This document shows, in pieces, positions 10,261-18,384 of a stretch of DNA of 29,787 nucleotides. The stretch comes from a virus (Duplodnaviria > Caudoviricetes): positions 1 to 29,787 of the IMG/VR virus record IMGVR_UViG_3300022936_000189, one strand, 5' to 3'. The translations under genes were made by a program, and so were the position numbers. Numbering within the stretch: the stretch's first letter is position 1; every line of letters begins with the position of its first letter. Under the pieces are notes generated by a model. It was not told the origin of the DNA. It ran no database searches and was given only the letters and a program-made list of their open reading frames with translations.

Positions 10261-11112
10261 TTAGGATGAGGCTTGTAAATCAAAATAAGGAGTTACTCCT
10301 TTATCATCTATATATTCTTTAATTTTATCGGTTTCGCTAAAATCAACATAGTCAACTAATTTATTGCTTTTAACATATTCCCATGTTATGTGATTTTTGA
10401 TTTGTTCTTTAGGCGGCTCCTGGCCCACAACAAAATAATGCCCTTTTTTACCGTCTTTAAAATCAGCTGCCTTGGTAAAGGTTATATATTTATTTAAATC
10501 GTTTTCTAAATTATAAAGCCTTTTAGAAAAGTCCATAGTTTGTCCAGCAACAATTATTCCGTTTTTTCCAATAAAATCAACTTCAACAGGAGTTATTAAT
10601 TCTTCAAAATCAAAAGGAGTTATCAACCTGTTGATGTTTACTTTGCTTTCAATTTTCGGATATAGTTTTTTCTCTACTATTTCTTCAAAAGATGTAGTCT
10701 TATCTTCTGTTTCTTCATCAAACTGAAAAATATATTTTTCAAAAATTCTCCTGAAATTAGTATTATTTAAAGGAATTTCGATTGATGTAACATCTGAGAA
10801 TGTAACCATGTTATTTGCATACTTATGAAGGTATGACATATATGATTCCTTTACCCAGCTTGCTTTATTTGCAGTATCTATTCTTAACGCCTCTAAATTA
10901 CCACCTTTATTAAGTTCTTTTTCTAAACTTTTAAAATATGTTTTTAAAATTGTAAAGTTTTGAGTTGGGATTAAACTCCTGATAGCATTTAATTTTGTTT
11001 CAGAAATTTTGAAGAAATCATGTTCATTGTCAAACATAATTAGCCCAATACTCACTTTTTCATCCAAAGCTGCATTTAAAGGTATATATATTATGCTGAA
11101 AAATGTTTTCAT
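10261..11112 (-). CDS. Partner of HipA-like kinase (DUF3037-like N-terminus)
   Basis: FSIIYIP...DEKVSIGLIM N-terminus, 4-bp overlap with the kinase gene, AT-rich. Confidence 0.65.
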   Translation of the reverse strand: MKTFFSIIYIPLNAALDEKVSIGLIMFDNEHDFFKISETKLNAIRSLIPTQNFTILKTYFKSLEKELNKGGNLEALRIDTANKASWVKESYMSYLHKYANNMVTFSDVTSIEIPLNNTNFRRIFEKYIFQFDEETEDKTTSFEEIVEKKLYPKIESKVNINRLITPFDFEELITPVEVDFIGKNGIIVAGQTMDFSKRLYNLENDLNKYITFTKAADFKDGKKGHYFVVGQEPPKEQIKNHITWEYVKSNKLVDYVDFSETDKIKEYIDDKGVTPYFDLQASS

Positions 11113-11930
11113 TTATTTTGAATTTTTATCTGAATAAATGACCTGAAAGATTTTTCGCACTCTTTAAGCCATTGCTCGTTAAATAAGTTTTTCTTGATAT
11201 TATTTTCAAGTGCTTCACTATCTATTCCCCATTGTGGAGGAATCAGATTAATAATTTCCGTCAGAGCCTTTTCGCATTCAGATGCGCAAAGGTAAAAATT
11301 TTGTACAATTTCATCAACAATCTTTGTTAATTTTGCACCTCTTTTGAATAATACATTTGCAAGTTCAGTGTTTATAATAGACTCATCTTCACTAATTTGA
11401 AAAAGTCCGTGTTTTAAGTTTCCCGAGTTAAATATTTCACCATGGTCAAGAGCAAAGAATTTGTGTTCCGATAGGTCAGAAAAATCTACAAAAAGATTAC
11501 TGTTATTTTGATTGCGATCTTCATTGCTTAACCATATATCAAATAAGGCTATTTTAAGAAAATCTTTTTTGTTCTTAATTTTTGTTTTGAAATTTTTATC
11601 TTTAAACATCAGTACAGATGAATCATCTATTTGGGTACAATTCTTTAAGAGCAATGACCCAAAGCATAACTTTCTAAAATTTATTTCTTGTACATAACGT
11701 TCAGGCAATCGTGGTATATGTTCATCAGATACTTCAAGCAAACATATCTCAGGCGTATTTATATTCCATATTTCTGCAAATTTCGAACCAATTATCTCAT
11801 TAACGAGTTTTGCTACGTGATCATGCTTGCATACCCAGTCTTGTAAATCATCGCATGTAACAAGTATAGGCTTGGTGCCTGTATCGTATATTGTGTTAGA
11901 TTGGTGTATGGTTTTACGGATGGGTAGCAC
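11109..11930 (-). CDS. HipA-like (HipA_2 type) Ser/Thr kinase
   Basis: GTKP, WVCK (Lys), VNEII (Glu), catalytic loop FDIWLSNEDRNQNNSN, Mg-binding LDHG; GTG start. Confidence 0.88.
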   Translation of the reverse strand: MLPIRKTIHQSNTIYDTGTKPILVTCDDLQDWVCKHDHVAKLVNEIIGSKFAEIWNINTPEICLLEVSDEHIPRLPERYVQEINFRKLCFGSLLLKNCTQIDDSSVLMFKDKNFKTKIKNKKDFLKIALFDIWLSNEDRNQNNSNLFVDFSDLSEHKFFALDHGEIFNSGNLKHGLFQISEDESIINTELANVLFKRGAKLTKIVDEIVQNFYLCASECEKALTEIINLIPPQWGIDSEALENNIKKNLFNEQWLKECEKSFRSFIQIKIQNK

Positions 11931-11950
11931 TAAAAAAGAATATGTTACAC

Positions 11951-11958
11951 CAAATATA
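11951..11958 (-). promoter_or_regulatory. Bacteroidota -7 promoter element for the kinase cassette
   Basis: TATATTTG (TAnnTTTG) 20 nt upstream of the GTG start. Confidence 0.55.
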
Positions 11959-12068
11959 ATGAAACTTTTCTTGTTAATGATTACATATTGGTGCAGTCAT
12001 TTGTATTGTTTTTACATTATGTCAAAGAACGAATTAGTTATTAGGCTTTAAATCTTCAGCCTGTAGAA

Positions 12069-12154
12069 ACACACCCCCAACCCCTCTCAAGAGGGGAGCC
12101 AGCTACACTCCTACCGGATACTCCTGCGACTGATCACTGATCACTGATCACTGA
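12069..12154. repeat. REP-like unit plus (TCACTGA)n heptamers
   Basis: ACACACCCCCAACCCCTCTCAAGAGGGGAGCCAGCTACACTC, then cgactga and tcactga x3. Confidence 0.8.
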
Positions 12155-12157
12155 ATA

Positions 12158-12706
12158 CTAACTCTTACTACTCATGCCTCCCCATATCCTCCGTAGGTTA
12201 CTGCTGTAGTTAAACGTGTCGCGGGAGGCAAAATCGGCGTGGTCGCGCTGACTCTCCAGTTCGGCTAAGGAGCAGCGGTCGTCAAAGTACTGGCGGAAGA
12301 ACGTAAGCACCTTTTGTACCGTGAGGCTCTCGTAAAACTCGCCATACTGCCCACTGATTATCTTGCGAAACAGGTAGGTAAGGTCGCTCATTTTGAGGGA
12401 GCCGTACAGGCATATAACCTCGGTGGCGCAGTGCTCAATCTGGTCTTCGGTCATCGGTTTGTTAAGGTTTAGCATGTCGTTTAGGTACACGAGCCAGCCC
12501 ATGACCAGGGCGACAGAGAATTCTTTCCCGTTTTCGCGGTGTATAGCCGCCAGTGTGGGTGCTGTAGTGTTCATTGCCGCGCTAAGGTTAGTAAGCTTGT
12601 GAGCGTGCAGCATACAGTTATTTGGACTGTAAACGGTTAGCAATTTTTCTTTTGAAATCGTCGCTATAGCGCACTTTGCCTTTGCCGGCAGCGGGTTTTG
12701 TTGCAT
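12158..12706 (-). CDS. Replication-associated protein (DUF6633-like, helicase-loader position)
   Basis: LFRKIISGQYGEFYE motif. Overlaps the 3' end of the initiator gene. Start uncertain. Confidence 0.55.
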   Translation of the reverse strand: MQQNPLPAKAKCAIATISKEKLLTVYSPNNCMLHAHKLTNLSAAMNTTAPTLAAIHRENGKEFSVALVMGWLVYLNDMLNLNKPMTEDQIEHCATEVICLYGSLKMSDLTYLFRKIISGQYGEFYESLTVQKVLTFFRQYFDDRCSLAELESQRDHADFASRDTFNYSSNLRRIWGGMSSKS

Positions 12707-13544
12707 CGTGTTTTAGTTCAAAAAATCCTTTCCAGCCCTTGCCCATGCTTTGGTGCAGTATGGCTATAGCCGTTGCTTCGCTGGTGTGTGCCAGGGTACC
12801 CAGTTCGGCAAGGGCGGCCTGCTCGCTTTCGGCGCTGCGGTAGGTAAAGTTATGCTCGGCAGCACGGTACCGCTTCCAGGCCTGCCACTGGACTGTAAAT
12901 TCTGCGGAGGCGAAAGGCAAAACTACCTCACCCCCAGCCCCTCTCCGAAGGAGAGGGGAGCCAGCTACACTTGCCGAAGTTAGAGAGCCATTCTCATCTG
13001 GTTTTTCTCCCGAACCCTCTTTTCCTTTTTCAATTTCAATTTCAATTACATTTGCATCTGCATTTTCATTTGCTAAATTGTTAACCATTTGGTTAAGCAT
13101 TTTATAAAACCATTCTTTTACAGTTTTACTAATTTCATTTTCGTTTAAAGTCTCATAATCAGTAATTTTAAATGCTTTTTTAATACTAAACTTCTGCTTA
13201 TCTGTAAGGGTTTTATTTGCCGAAATTAAACCGGCCAACGTTGCCGATGCAAGTTTCTTGGGCTTGGCAGTGGCACGCAATGTTGTTTCTATTTGTAACC
13301 GATGGTTAACCAAATGCTCTCCTTTTTCGCTGAACTTATGGCTAACCATTTGCCAGACCATATTGAATTTTTCTGTCGAAAAAATCCCTGTAATACGCAT
13401 CAGCCTTTCGATATTAGATGGTATATGCCCGTGCTGATGCTGGTAAAGCAAAAGCCTTAAAAATGCGCCTACTTCTTCACAACTCATGTCCTGGGTGCCG
13501 CTCTGAAAATCTTTGGTGTAAAAAAGAAACGCAGGATCTTTCAT
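12618..13544 (-). CDS. Phage replication initiator (YdaU/DUF1376-like)
   Basis: PAFLFYTKDF...MSCEEVGAFLRLLLYQ N-terminus; C-terminal WQAWKRYR...QSMGKGWKGFF. Confidence 0.8.
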   Translation of the reverse strand: MKDPAFLFYTKDFQSGTQDMSCEEVGAFLRLLLYQHQHGHIPSNIERLMRITGIFSTEKFNMVWQMVSHKFSEKGEHLVNHRLQIETTLRATAKPKKLASATLAGLISANKTLTDKQKFSIKKAFKITDYETLNENEISKTVKEWFYKMLNQMVNNLANENADANVIEIEIEKGKEGSGEKPDENGSLTSASVAGSPLLRRGAGGEVVLPFASAEFTVQWQAWKRYRAAEHNFTYRSAESEQAALAELGTLAHTSEATAIAILHQSMGKGWKGFFELKHDATKPAAGKGKVRYSDDFKRKIANRLQSK

Positions 13545-13792
13545 TATACCCTTGCTATATGGTCTATAATCACGTTGTTGTACGTACCCTTAGACCCGCA
13601 AATATGAAATTCAAGCTCGGCTACATCGCCCGGCAGCATGTCGCTTAACAGCTCTATTTTTGTACCCAGTGCCGATGGGTAAAACATCCTGCCGGTTTCC
13701 TGTTCAAAATGCAGCTGCTGCACCGCAGTGCCCAGCTTGGTGGTTTTTATATCGCCTACGGCAGTTATTATGCCTTTTATTTTGTAGTTCAT
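13544..13792 (-). CDS. Small OB-fold ssDNA-binding-like protein (DUF3127-like)
   Basis: IKGIITAVG...PGDVAELEFHICG...YNNV pattern. Confidence 0.6.
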   Translation of the reverse strand: MNYKIKGIITAVGDIKTTKLGTAVQQLHFEQETGRMFYPSALGTKIELLSDMLPGDVAELEFHICGSKGTYNNVIIDHIARV

Positions 13793-13941
13793 GATTTTAA
13801 AAGTTGAAAGTTTGTAATGTTATCAAGTCTTAAAGTTGTAAGTGGTTGTTGGTTGTCGGTTAATGGTTGATGGTTGATAGCCGTAAGGCCTGAGTGATGT
13901 TCCCGGCAACGGACAACCGGCAACCAGCAACCAATACCTTT

Positions 13942-14190
13942 TTAACTGAGCACGCTCTGCGCCACCAGGTTATTATACTGTATGCCGCTGTTCTTGCTTA
14001 TTTTGCCTTCCAGGGTTACGGCTACCTGTATCTCGTCGTTTTCTTTGTAGGCATCAAGGTCGTCCATGCGGCGGCCGCGAAATTCTACAAAGGCCCTTTG
14101 CCTGCCATCGGGCGCCAGGGTTACTACTTTTTTTTCATGGCCTGCTGTGTTGCGATACTCAATGCTTTCAATTGTTCCTGTAATTGTCAT
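13942..14190 (-). CDS. Small OB-fold ssDNA-binding-like protein (DUF3127-like)
   Basis: ITGTIESI...FVEFRG...ENDEIQVAVTLEG...YNNLVA pattern. Confidence 0.65.
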   Translation of the reverse strand: MTITGTIESIEYRNTAGHEKKVVTLAPDGRQRAFVEFRGRRMDDLDAYKENDEIQVAVTLEGKISKNSGIQYNNLVAQSVLS

Positions 14191-14321
14191 CTTTAAATAA
14201 GTTTAAAAGTTTATAAAGTTGTCAAGTCTTAAAGTTTGTTGTTGGTTGATGGTTATTGGTTGTTGGTTTCCTGGAAAGAGTGAAGTTGCCAGCAACAAAC
14301 AACCACTAACCAACAACCATA

Positions 14322-14678
14322 TTACTCTGTAATCGTAAACCGCCTGTCGCTGTTAAACTGCATAATAGCAAGGGTTTCGAGTGCTTTAAATTCTGCCGAC
14401 GCAAAGTACTTACCAATTGTAAATTGCTTATTATCTATTGATGGTTGCCCATTGCTTATTGCCCATTGCTTACCGCCTGTTGCCTGTTGCATATTTAACT
14501 GCTTCAGTTCCTCAAAAAGCTCCCGTAGTGAGCGGTTTATTACACATAGGTTATAATGCAGCTGTGTGGTATTTTCCACTTCAAATATCGAACGCCCAGA
14601 GGCTAAATAGTGGTTATAGGAAGCTTTTATTGCACTTAGTTCCACTATTTCTTTGGTTAAGAGTTGTTTGTTACGCAT
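14322..14678 (-). CDS. Hypothetical protein, first gene of the leftward operon
   Basis: ATG directly downstream of a consensus promoter. Contains a heptamer repeat tract. No HTH visible. Confidence 0.6.
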   Translation of the reverse strand: MRNKQLLTKEIVELSAIKASYNHYLASGRSIFEVENTTQLHYNLCVINRSLRELFEELKQLNMQQATGGKQWAISNGQPSIDNKQFTIGKYFASAEFKALETLAIMQFNSDRRFTITE

Positions 14679-14694
14679 TTCTTTTGTATCTTTG
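14664..14694 (+). promoter_or_regulatory. Putative promoter of the repressor gene
   Basis: TTG (14664-14666) - N20 - TATCTTTG (14687-14694). Confidence 0.5.
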
Positions 14695-14706
14695 TGAAGT
14701 ATATTG

Positions 14707-14737
14707 CAAAATTAAGTGTAATATTCCACTTTGCAAA
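14707..14737 (-). promoter_or_regulatory. Leftward promoter with embedded palindromic operator
   Basis: TTTG-N19-TAATTTTG on the minus strand. Palindrome AAGTGTAATATTCCACTT (14714-14731) fills the spacer. Confidence 0.75.
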
Positions 14738-14803
14738 ATCATTTTGAGTTTATTTTTTCACTTTGTTGTGAAATTTTTTTAACTGTTGGCTAAAGTTTTG
14801 ATT

Positions 14804-15538
14804 ATGGAAGGATTAGAGATTAAACAAAAGCGCGAAGAACTGGGACTGACCCAAAAAGAGTTGGGCGACCTTATAGGTGCCAGCCGCGAGACAATTATTA
14901 ATTATGAGAAGGGCAGGCCGATACCTAAGAGTAAAAGTGAAATATTACACAAAGTATTAGAACCCAGCGTAGCTTATAGTAAAGTGGTGGCAAACGAGGA
15001 GGTGGTAAGCATGGTAGACGATTTTGAGAACAAGAACGGCAACCGCTTTATACAACTGCCCAATGGCCAGTATTACATGCTTATGCCGCTGGCCGAGTTT
15101 AATGTGCAGGCAGGTTTTTTAAGCACGTATCAGGATGCTGATTTTTTGATGGACCTTAGCCAGCATGGTATCCTTGTAGATAAGCCTGTGCAGGGCCGCT
15201 ATGTGGCCTTTCGCGTTAACGGCGATAGTATGGACGATGCCAGTTCCCGCGCCATAACCCGCAACAGTGTAGTAAGTACCCGCGAGCTGCAGCGCCACCA
15301 CTGGAACGGCAAGCTGCGCTACCGCGATTTCCCGTATTGGGTTATTTACACTACCCAAAGCAAGATGCCACTGCTTAAAGAAATTATAGAGCATAATACA
15401 GAGGAGGGCTATATTACCTGCCATTCCCTGAACGACAGCCCGGAGTTTACCGATTTTAAACTTCATGTAAACGACATCCAGGCGCTCTTTTATGTTATAG
15501 ATGTAAACAGGACGGTGGGTAAAAAGAGTTTTTATTAG
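14804..15538 (+). CDS. XRE-HTH / S24 peptidase repressor (CI/LexA-like)
   Basis: HTH LGLTQKELGDLIGASRETIINYEKG, VQAG cleavage-site-like Ala-Gly, FRVNGDSM catalytic Ser. ATG at 14804 preferred over TTG at 14786. Confidence 0.9.
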   Translation: MEGLEIKQKREELGLTQKELGDLIGASRETIINYEKGRPIPKSKSEILHKVLEPSVAYSKVVANEEVVSMVDDFENKNGNRFIQLPNGQYYMLMPLAEFNVQAGFLSTYQDADFLMDLSQHGILVDKPVQGRYVAFRVNGDSMDDASSRAITRNSVVSTRELQRHHWNGKLRYRDFPYWVIYTTQSKMPLLKEIIEHNTEEGYITCHSLNDSPEFTDFKLHVNDIQALFYVIDVNRTVGKKSFY

Positions 15539-15607
15539 GGAAGTTTGAACTTGTGCAAAAAATGCACTAGTTCGATTTTACAGCAATTTACATACCGTAC
15601 CCGTAAC

Positions 15608-16031
15608 TGTCATTCTGAGCGAAGCCTGCCTGCCGGTAGCAGGTGCAACGCAGCCGAAGAATATCTAATGAAACATATTGTTATTACACAAAGTTTCGCA
15701 AAGAAAACACAAGACACACAAAGAGAACGGCCAAGTGTCATTCTGAGCGAAGTGCAACGGAGTCGAAGAATCTCTTTTTGCTAAACAATAAGACTGCTTT
15801 GTGCATAGCAGTGACGGCGTGTGAATAAATCTACTAATATGCCGCTGTCATTCTAAGCGAAGTCTGCCTGCAGGTAGGCAGGCGCAGCGCAGTCGAAGAA
15901 TCTCTAATGAGAATATAGCTCACACAAAGTTTCACAGAGAATATATACGGTGGTTTTGTCATTCTGAGCGGAGTGCAACGGAGTTGAAGAATCTTGTCTA
16001 AAAGAGAGATTCTTCCTTCGTCAGAATGACA
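15608..16031. repeat. Cluster of TGTCATTCTGAGCG...GAAGAATCT REP-like units
   Basis: Four direct copies (about 15608, 15736, 15846, 15957) and an inverted relative (about 16006-16031) between convergent genes. Confidence 0.88.
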
Positions 16032-16075
16032 AACCGGCCGTATATAAAACAAGTCATGCTCGCAATTACAACTAC

Positions 16076-17164
16076 CTAAAAATCAAACTTCAATTGTACT
16101 GCAACCGCTTTTTTCTCGCCTGCCTCATTATTTAAATTAGACAGCGAAATACCCAGCAGCCGTACCGACTCTTTGGGGCGTTCCTGGTACAGGAGCTCTT
16201 TAGTAGCTTCTAATATCAGGCTTTTGTCTGATATAAAATAAGGGAGTGTCTTGCTGCGGGTTTGCACCGTAAAATCAGAGTATTTGATTTTGAGGGTAAT
16301 GGTTTTTCCGGCAATTTTTTTCTTTCTTAGGCGTCGGTCGAGCTCAATGGCAATATCCTCCAGCTTTTCGAGCATAAAAACCTCCGACACTAAATTTTCG
16401 TCAAACGTGTGCTCTGTCCCTACCGATTTTACAATCCTGTCGGCCTTTACCTCACTGTTATGTATGCCCCGCACCACATAGTAATAAAACGTTCCTGCCT
16501 TGCCAAAATGCTGTGCCAAAAACTCTATAGATTTTTCTTTAAGATCCTTGCCCGTAAAAATACCAAGCTGGTACATCTTCTCGGTAGTAACTTTGCCCAC
16601 ACCGTAAAATTTACCAATCTCAAGATTTTCTAAAAAGGGAAGCACCTCATCGGGTGTTACCGTTTTTTGTCCGTTAGGCTTGTTGTAGTCGCTGGCAACC
16701 TTGGCAATAAATTTATTGATGGATATCCCTGCCGATGCCGTTAACCCGGTTTCCTCCAGTATGCGCTGCCTGATTTCTTTGGCTATAATTGTCGCGCTGG
16801 GGTTGCCTTTTTTATTAACGGTAACATCAAGGTAGGCCTCATCGAGCGAGAGGGGTTCTACCTTATCGGTAAACTCATGAAAAATGCTGCGTATTTTTCG
16901 GGAAATCTCGGTGTACCGTTCAAAGCGGGGACGCACAAAAATAAGCTCCGGGCAGCGTTTCTTAGCAAGAAAGCCACTCATGGCACTGCGCACGCCAAAT
17001 TTTCGCGCCTCATAACTGGCAGCCGCCACCACACCACGTGTTTCGCCACCCCCCACAGCAAGGGGCTTACCCCGCAGGGCAGGATTATCCAGCTGCTCTA
17101 CAGAGGCATAAAAGGCATCCATATCTACGTGGATTATTTTGCGCTGCGGTATTGTGGACTCCAT
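16076..17164 (-). CDS. dinB: DNA polymerase IV
   Basis: IIHVDMDAFYASVE, AASYEARKFGVRSAM, SLDEAYLD, ASDYNKPNGQ; full length with little-finger domain. Confidence 0.98.
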   Translation of the reverse strand: MESTIPQRKIIHVDMDAFYASVEQLDNPALRGKPLAVGGGETRGVVAAASYEARKFGVRSAMSGFLAKKRCPELIFVRPRFERYTEISRKIRSIFHEFTDKVEPLSLDEAYLDVTVNKKGNPSATIIAKEIRQRILEETGLTASAGISINKFIAKVASDYNKPNGQKTVTPDEVLPFLENLEIGKFYGVGKVTTEKMYQLGIFTGKDLKEKSIEFLAQHFGKAGTFYYYVVRGIHNSEVKADRIVKSVGTEHTFDENLVSEVFMLEKLEDIAIELDRRLRKKKIAGKTITLKIKYSDFTVQTRSKTLPYFISDKSLILEATKELLYQERPKESVRLLGISLSNLNNEAGEKKAVAVQLKFDF

Positions 17165-17168
17165 ACTG

Positions 17169-17176
17169 CAAAATTA
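17169..17176 (-). promoter_or_regulatory. -7 element of dinB (near-leaderless transcript)
   Basis: TAATTTTG-CAGT-ATG. Confidence 0.6.
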
Positions 17177-17262
17177 GTGTATTTTGTATTGTGATGGTGT
17201 AGGGAAAACCATGCCGAAGGGGGATGGGGAGTTAAATAGCGGAGTATTGGAACCGCTTTGCA

Positions 17263-17850
17263 ACCTCACCCCTCTCCGAAGGAGAGGGGAACTCAACCCT
17301 TAAAGCAGAAGTGCAGCTAAATCTAAAATCTACATTCTGAAATCTGAAATCAATTTACCACTAAGCGCACCAGGATAAACACACACTAAGAACACAAAGG
17401 AAAACGCTTCGCTTTAGGACACAAGGCTGTGCGGAAAAGCCTTGTGTCCTTTGTAAAACTCCCAATAGCTATCGGGATGTTGTCCGCCGCGTGCAATATT
17501 TATGCAGCCTTGTGGCCCTTGTGAAAAACCTTGTGATCCTTGTGGTGAAATTAAACTATTGCAAAACCCGCTTTAGTACTCTAATAAAAAAGTTAGGAGT
17601 GCAGCTCAATCTGAAATCTACATTCTGAAATCTGAAATCAATTGAACCACTAAGTGCACTAAGATAAGCACACACTAAGAACACAATGAAAAACGCTTCG
17701 CTTTAGTACACAAGGCTGTACGGAATCGCTTTACAACCTCACCCCTAACCCCTCTCCAAAGGAGAGGGGAACTCAAACCCGCTCACTCAACCCTTTAAGC
17801 AGGAGTGCAGCTAAATCTAAAATCTACATTCTGAAATCTGAAATAAATTT
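17263..17850. repeat. Mosaic of REP units and a direct duplication of about 125 bp
   Basis: GTGCAGCT(A/C)AATCT...CACAAGGCTGT(G/A)CGGAA at about 17311-17436 and 17599-17725. CCCTCTCC-GAA/AAA-GGAGAGGG units at about 17263 and 17736. Confidence 0.85.
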
Positions 17851-17852
17851 AC

Positions 17853-18384
17853 TGCAACACCCGCTTCAGTACTTAACTAAAATACCCGCCGTAACTTTGC
17901 AAAAGAAGATTTCAATTACTAAATAATTTAATTAGTCACAGGGGAACTCAAACCCGCTCACTCAACTATATATATCTGTAAGGTGTAATTGCTCCGACCG
18001 AGTGAAGCTCAAGGCCTTAAACTTCGTTGCGTTAAACAAATTTGAAGTTGAGGCGTTAAGAATCATTTGCTGTTTGAAGCGAAGCAAGTTCAAATGATTT
18101 AGCCGAAGCTTTAAATTTGTAGCATAAGAAGTTCCAGCCTTGAATTTTTGCTTCTTTTATTTCAAGACAAAAGAAGAACCTAGTGCAACACCCGCTTCAG
18201 TACTTAACTAAAATACCCCCCGTAACTTTGCAAAAAAAATTTGAAAGACTATTAAATAAGATAGCTCAACCCAAAGGAGAGGCATCGGTGCAGCTCAATC
18301 TGAATTCTACACTCTTAAATCTGAAATAAATTTACTGCAACACCCGCTTCAGCGCTTAACCAAAATACCCGCCGTACCTTTGCA
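17853..18384 (+). promoter_or_regulatory. Three copies of a promoter module of about 50 bp upstream of the head/lysis operon
   Basis: TGCAACACCCGCTTCAG(TA/CG)CTTAAC(T/C)AAAATACCC(G/C)CCGTA(A/C)CTTTGCA at 17853, 18184 and 18336, each ending in TAnnTTTG. Confidence 0.75.
18000..18176 (+). repeat. Long-hairpin element of about 175 bp, copy 1
   Basis: Nested inverted repeats; inverted homologue at 21045-21218. Confidence 0.8.

Noticed and set aside
15545-16052. Short ORFs, and a possible CRISPR array, in the repeat cluster
   Set aside because: ORFs are REP translations (CHSERS, VILSE). Repeats are degenerate and irregularly spaced, one is inverted, and no cas gene is present.
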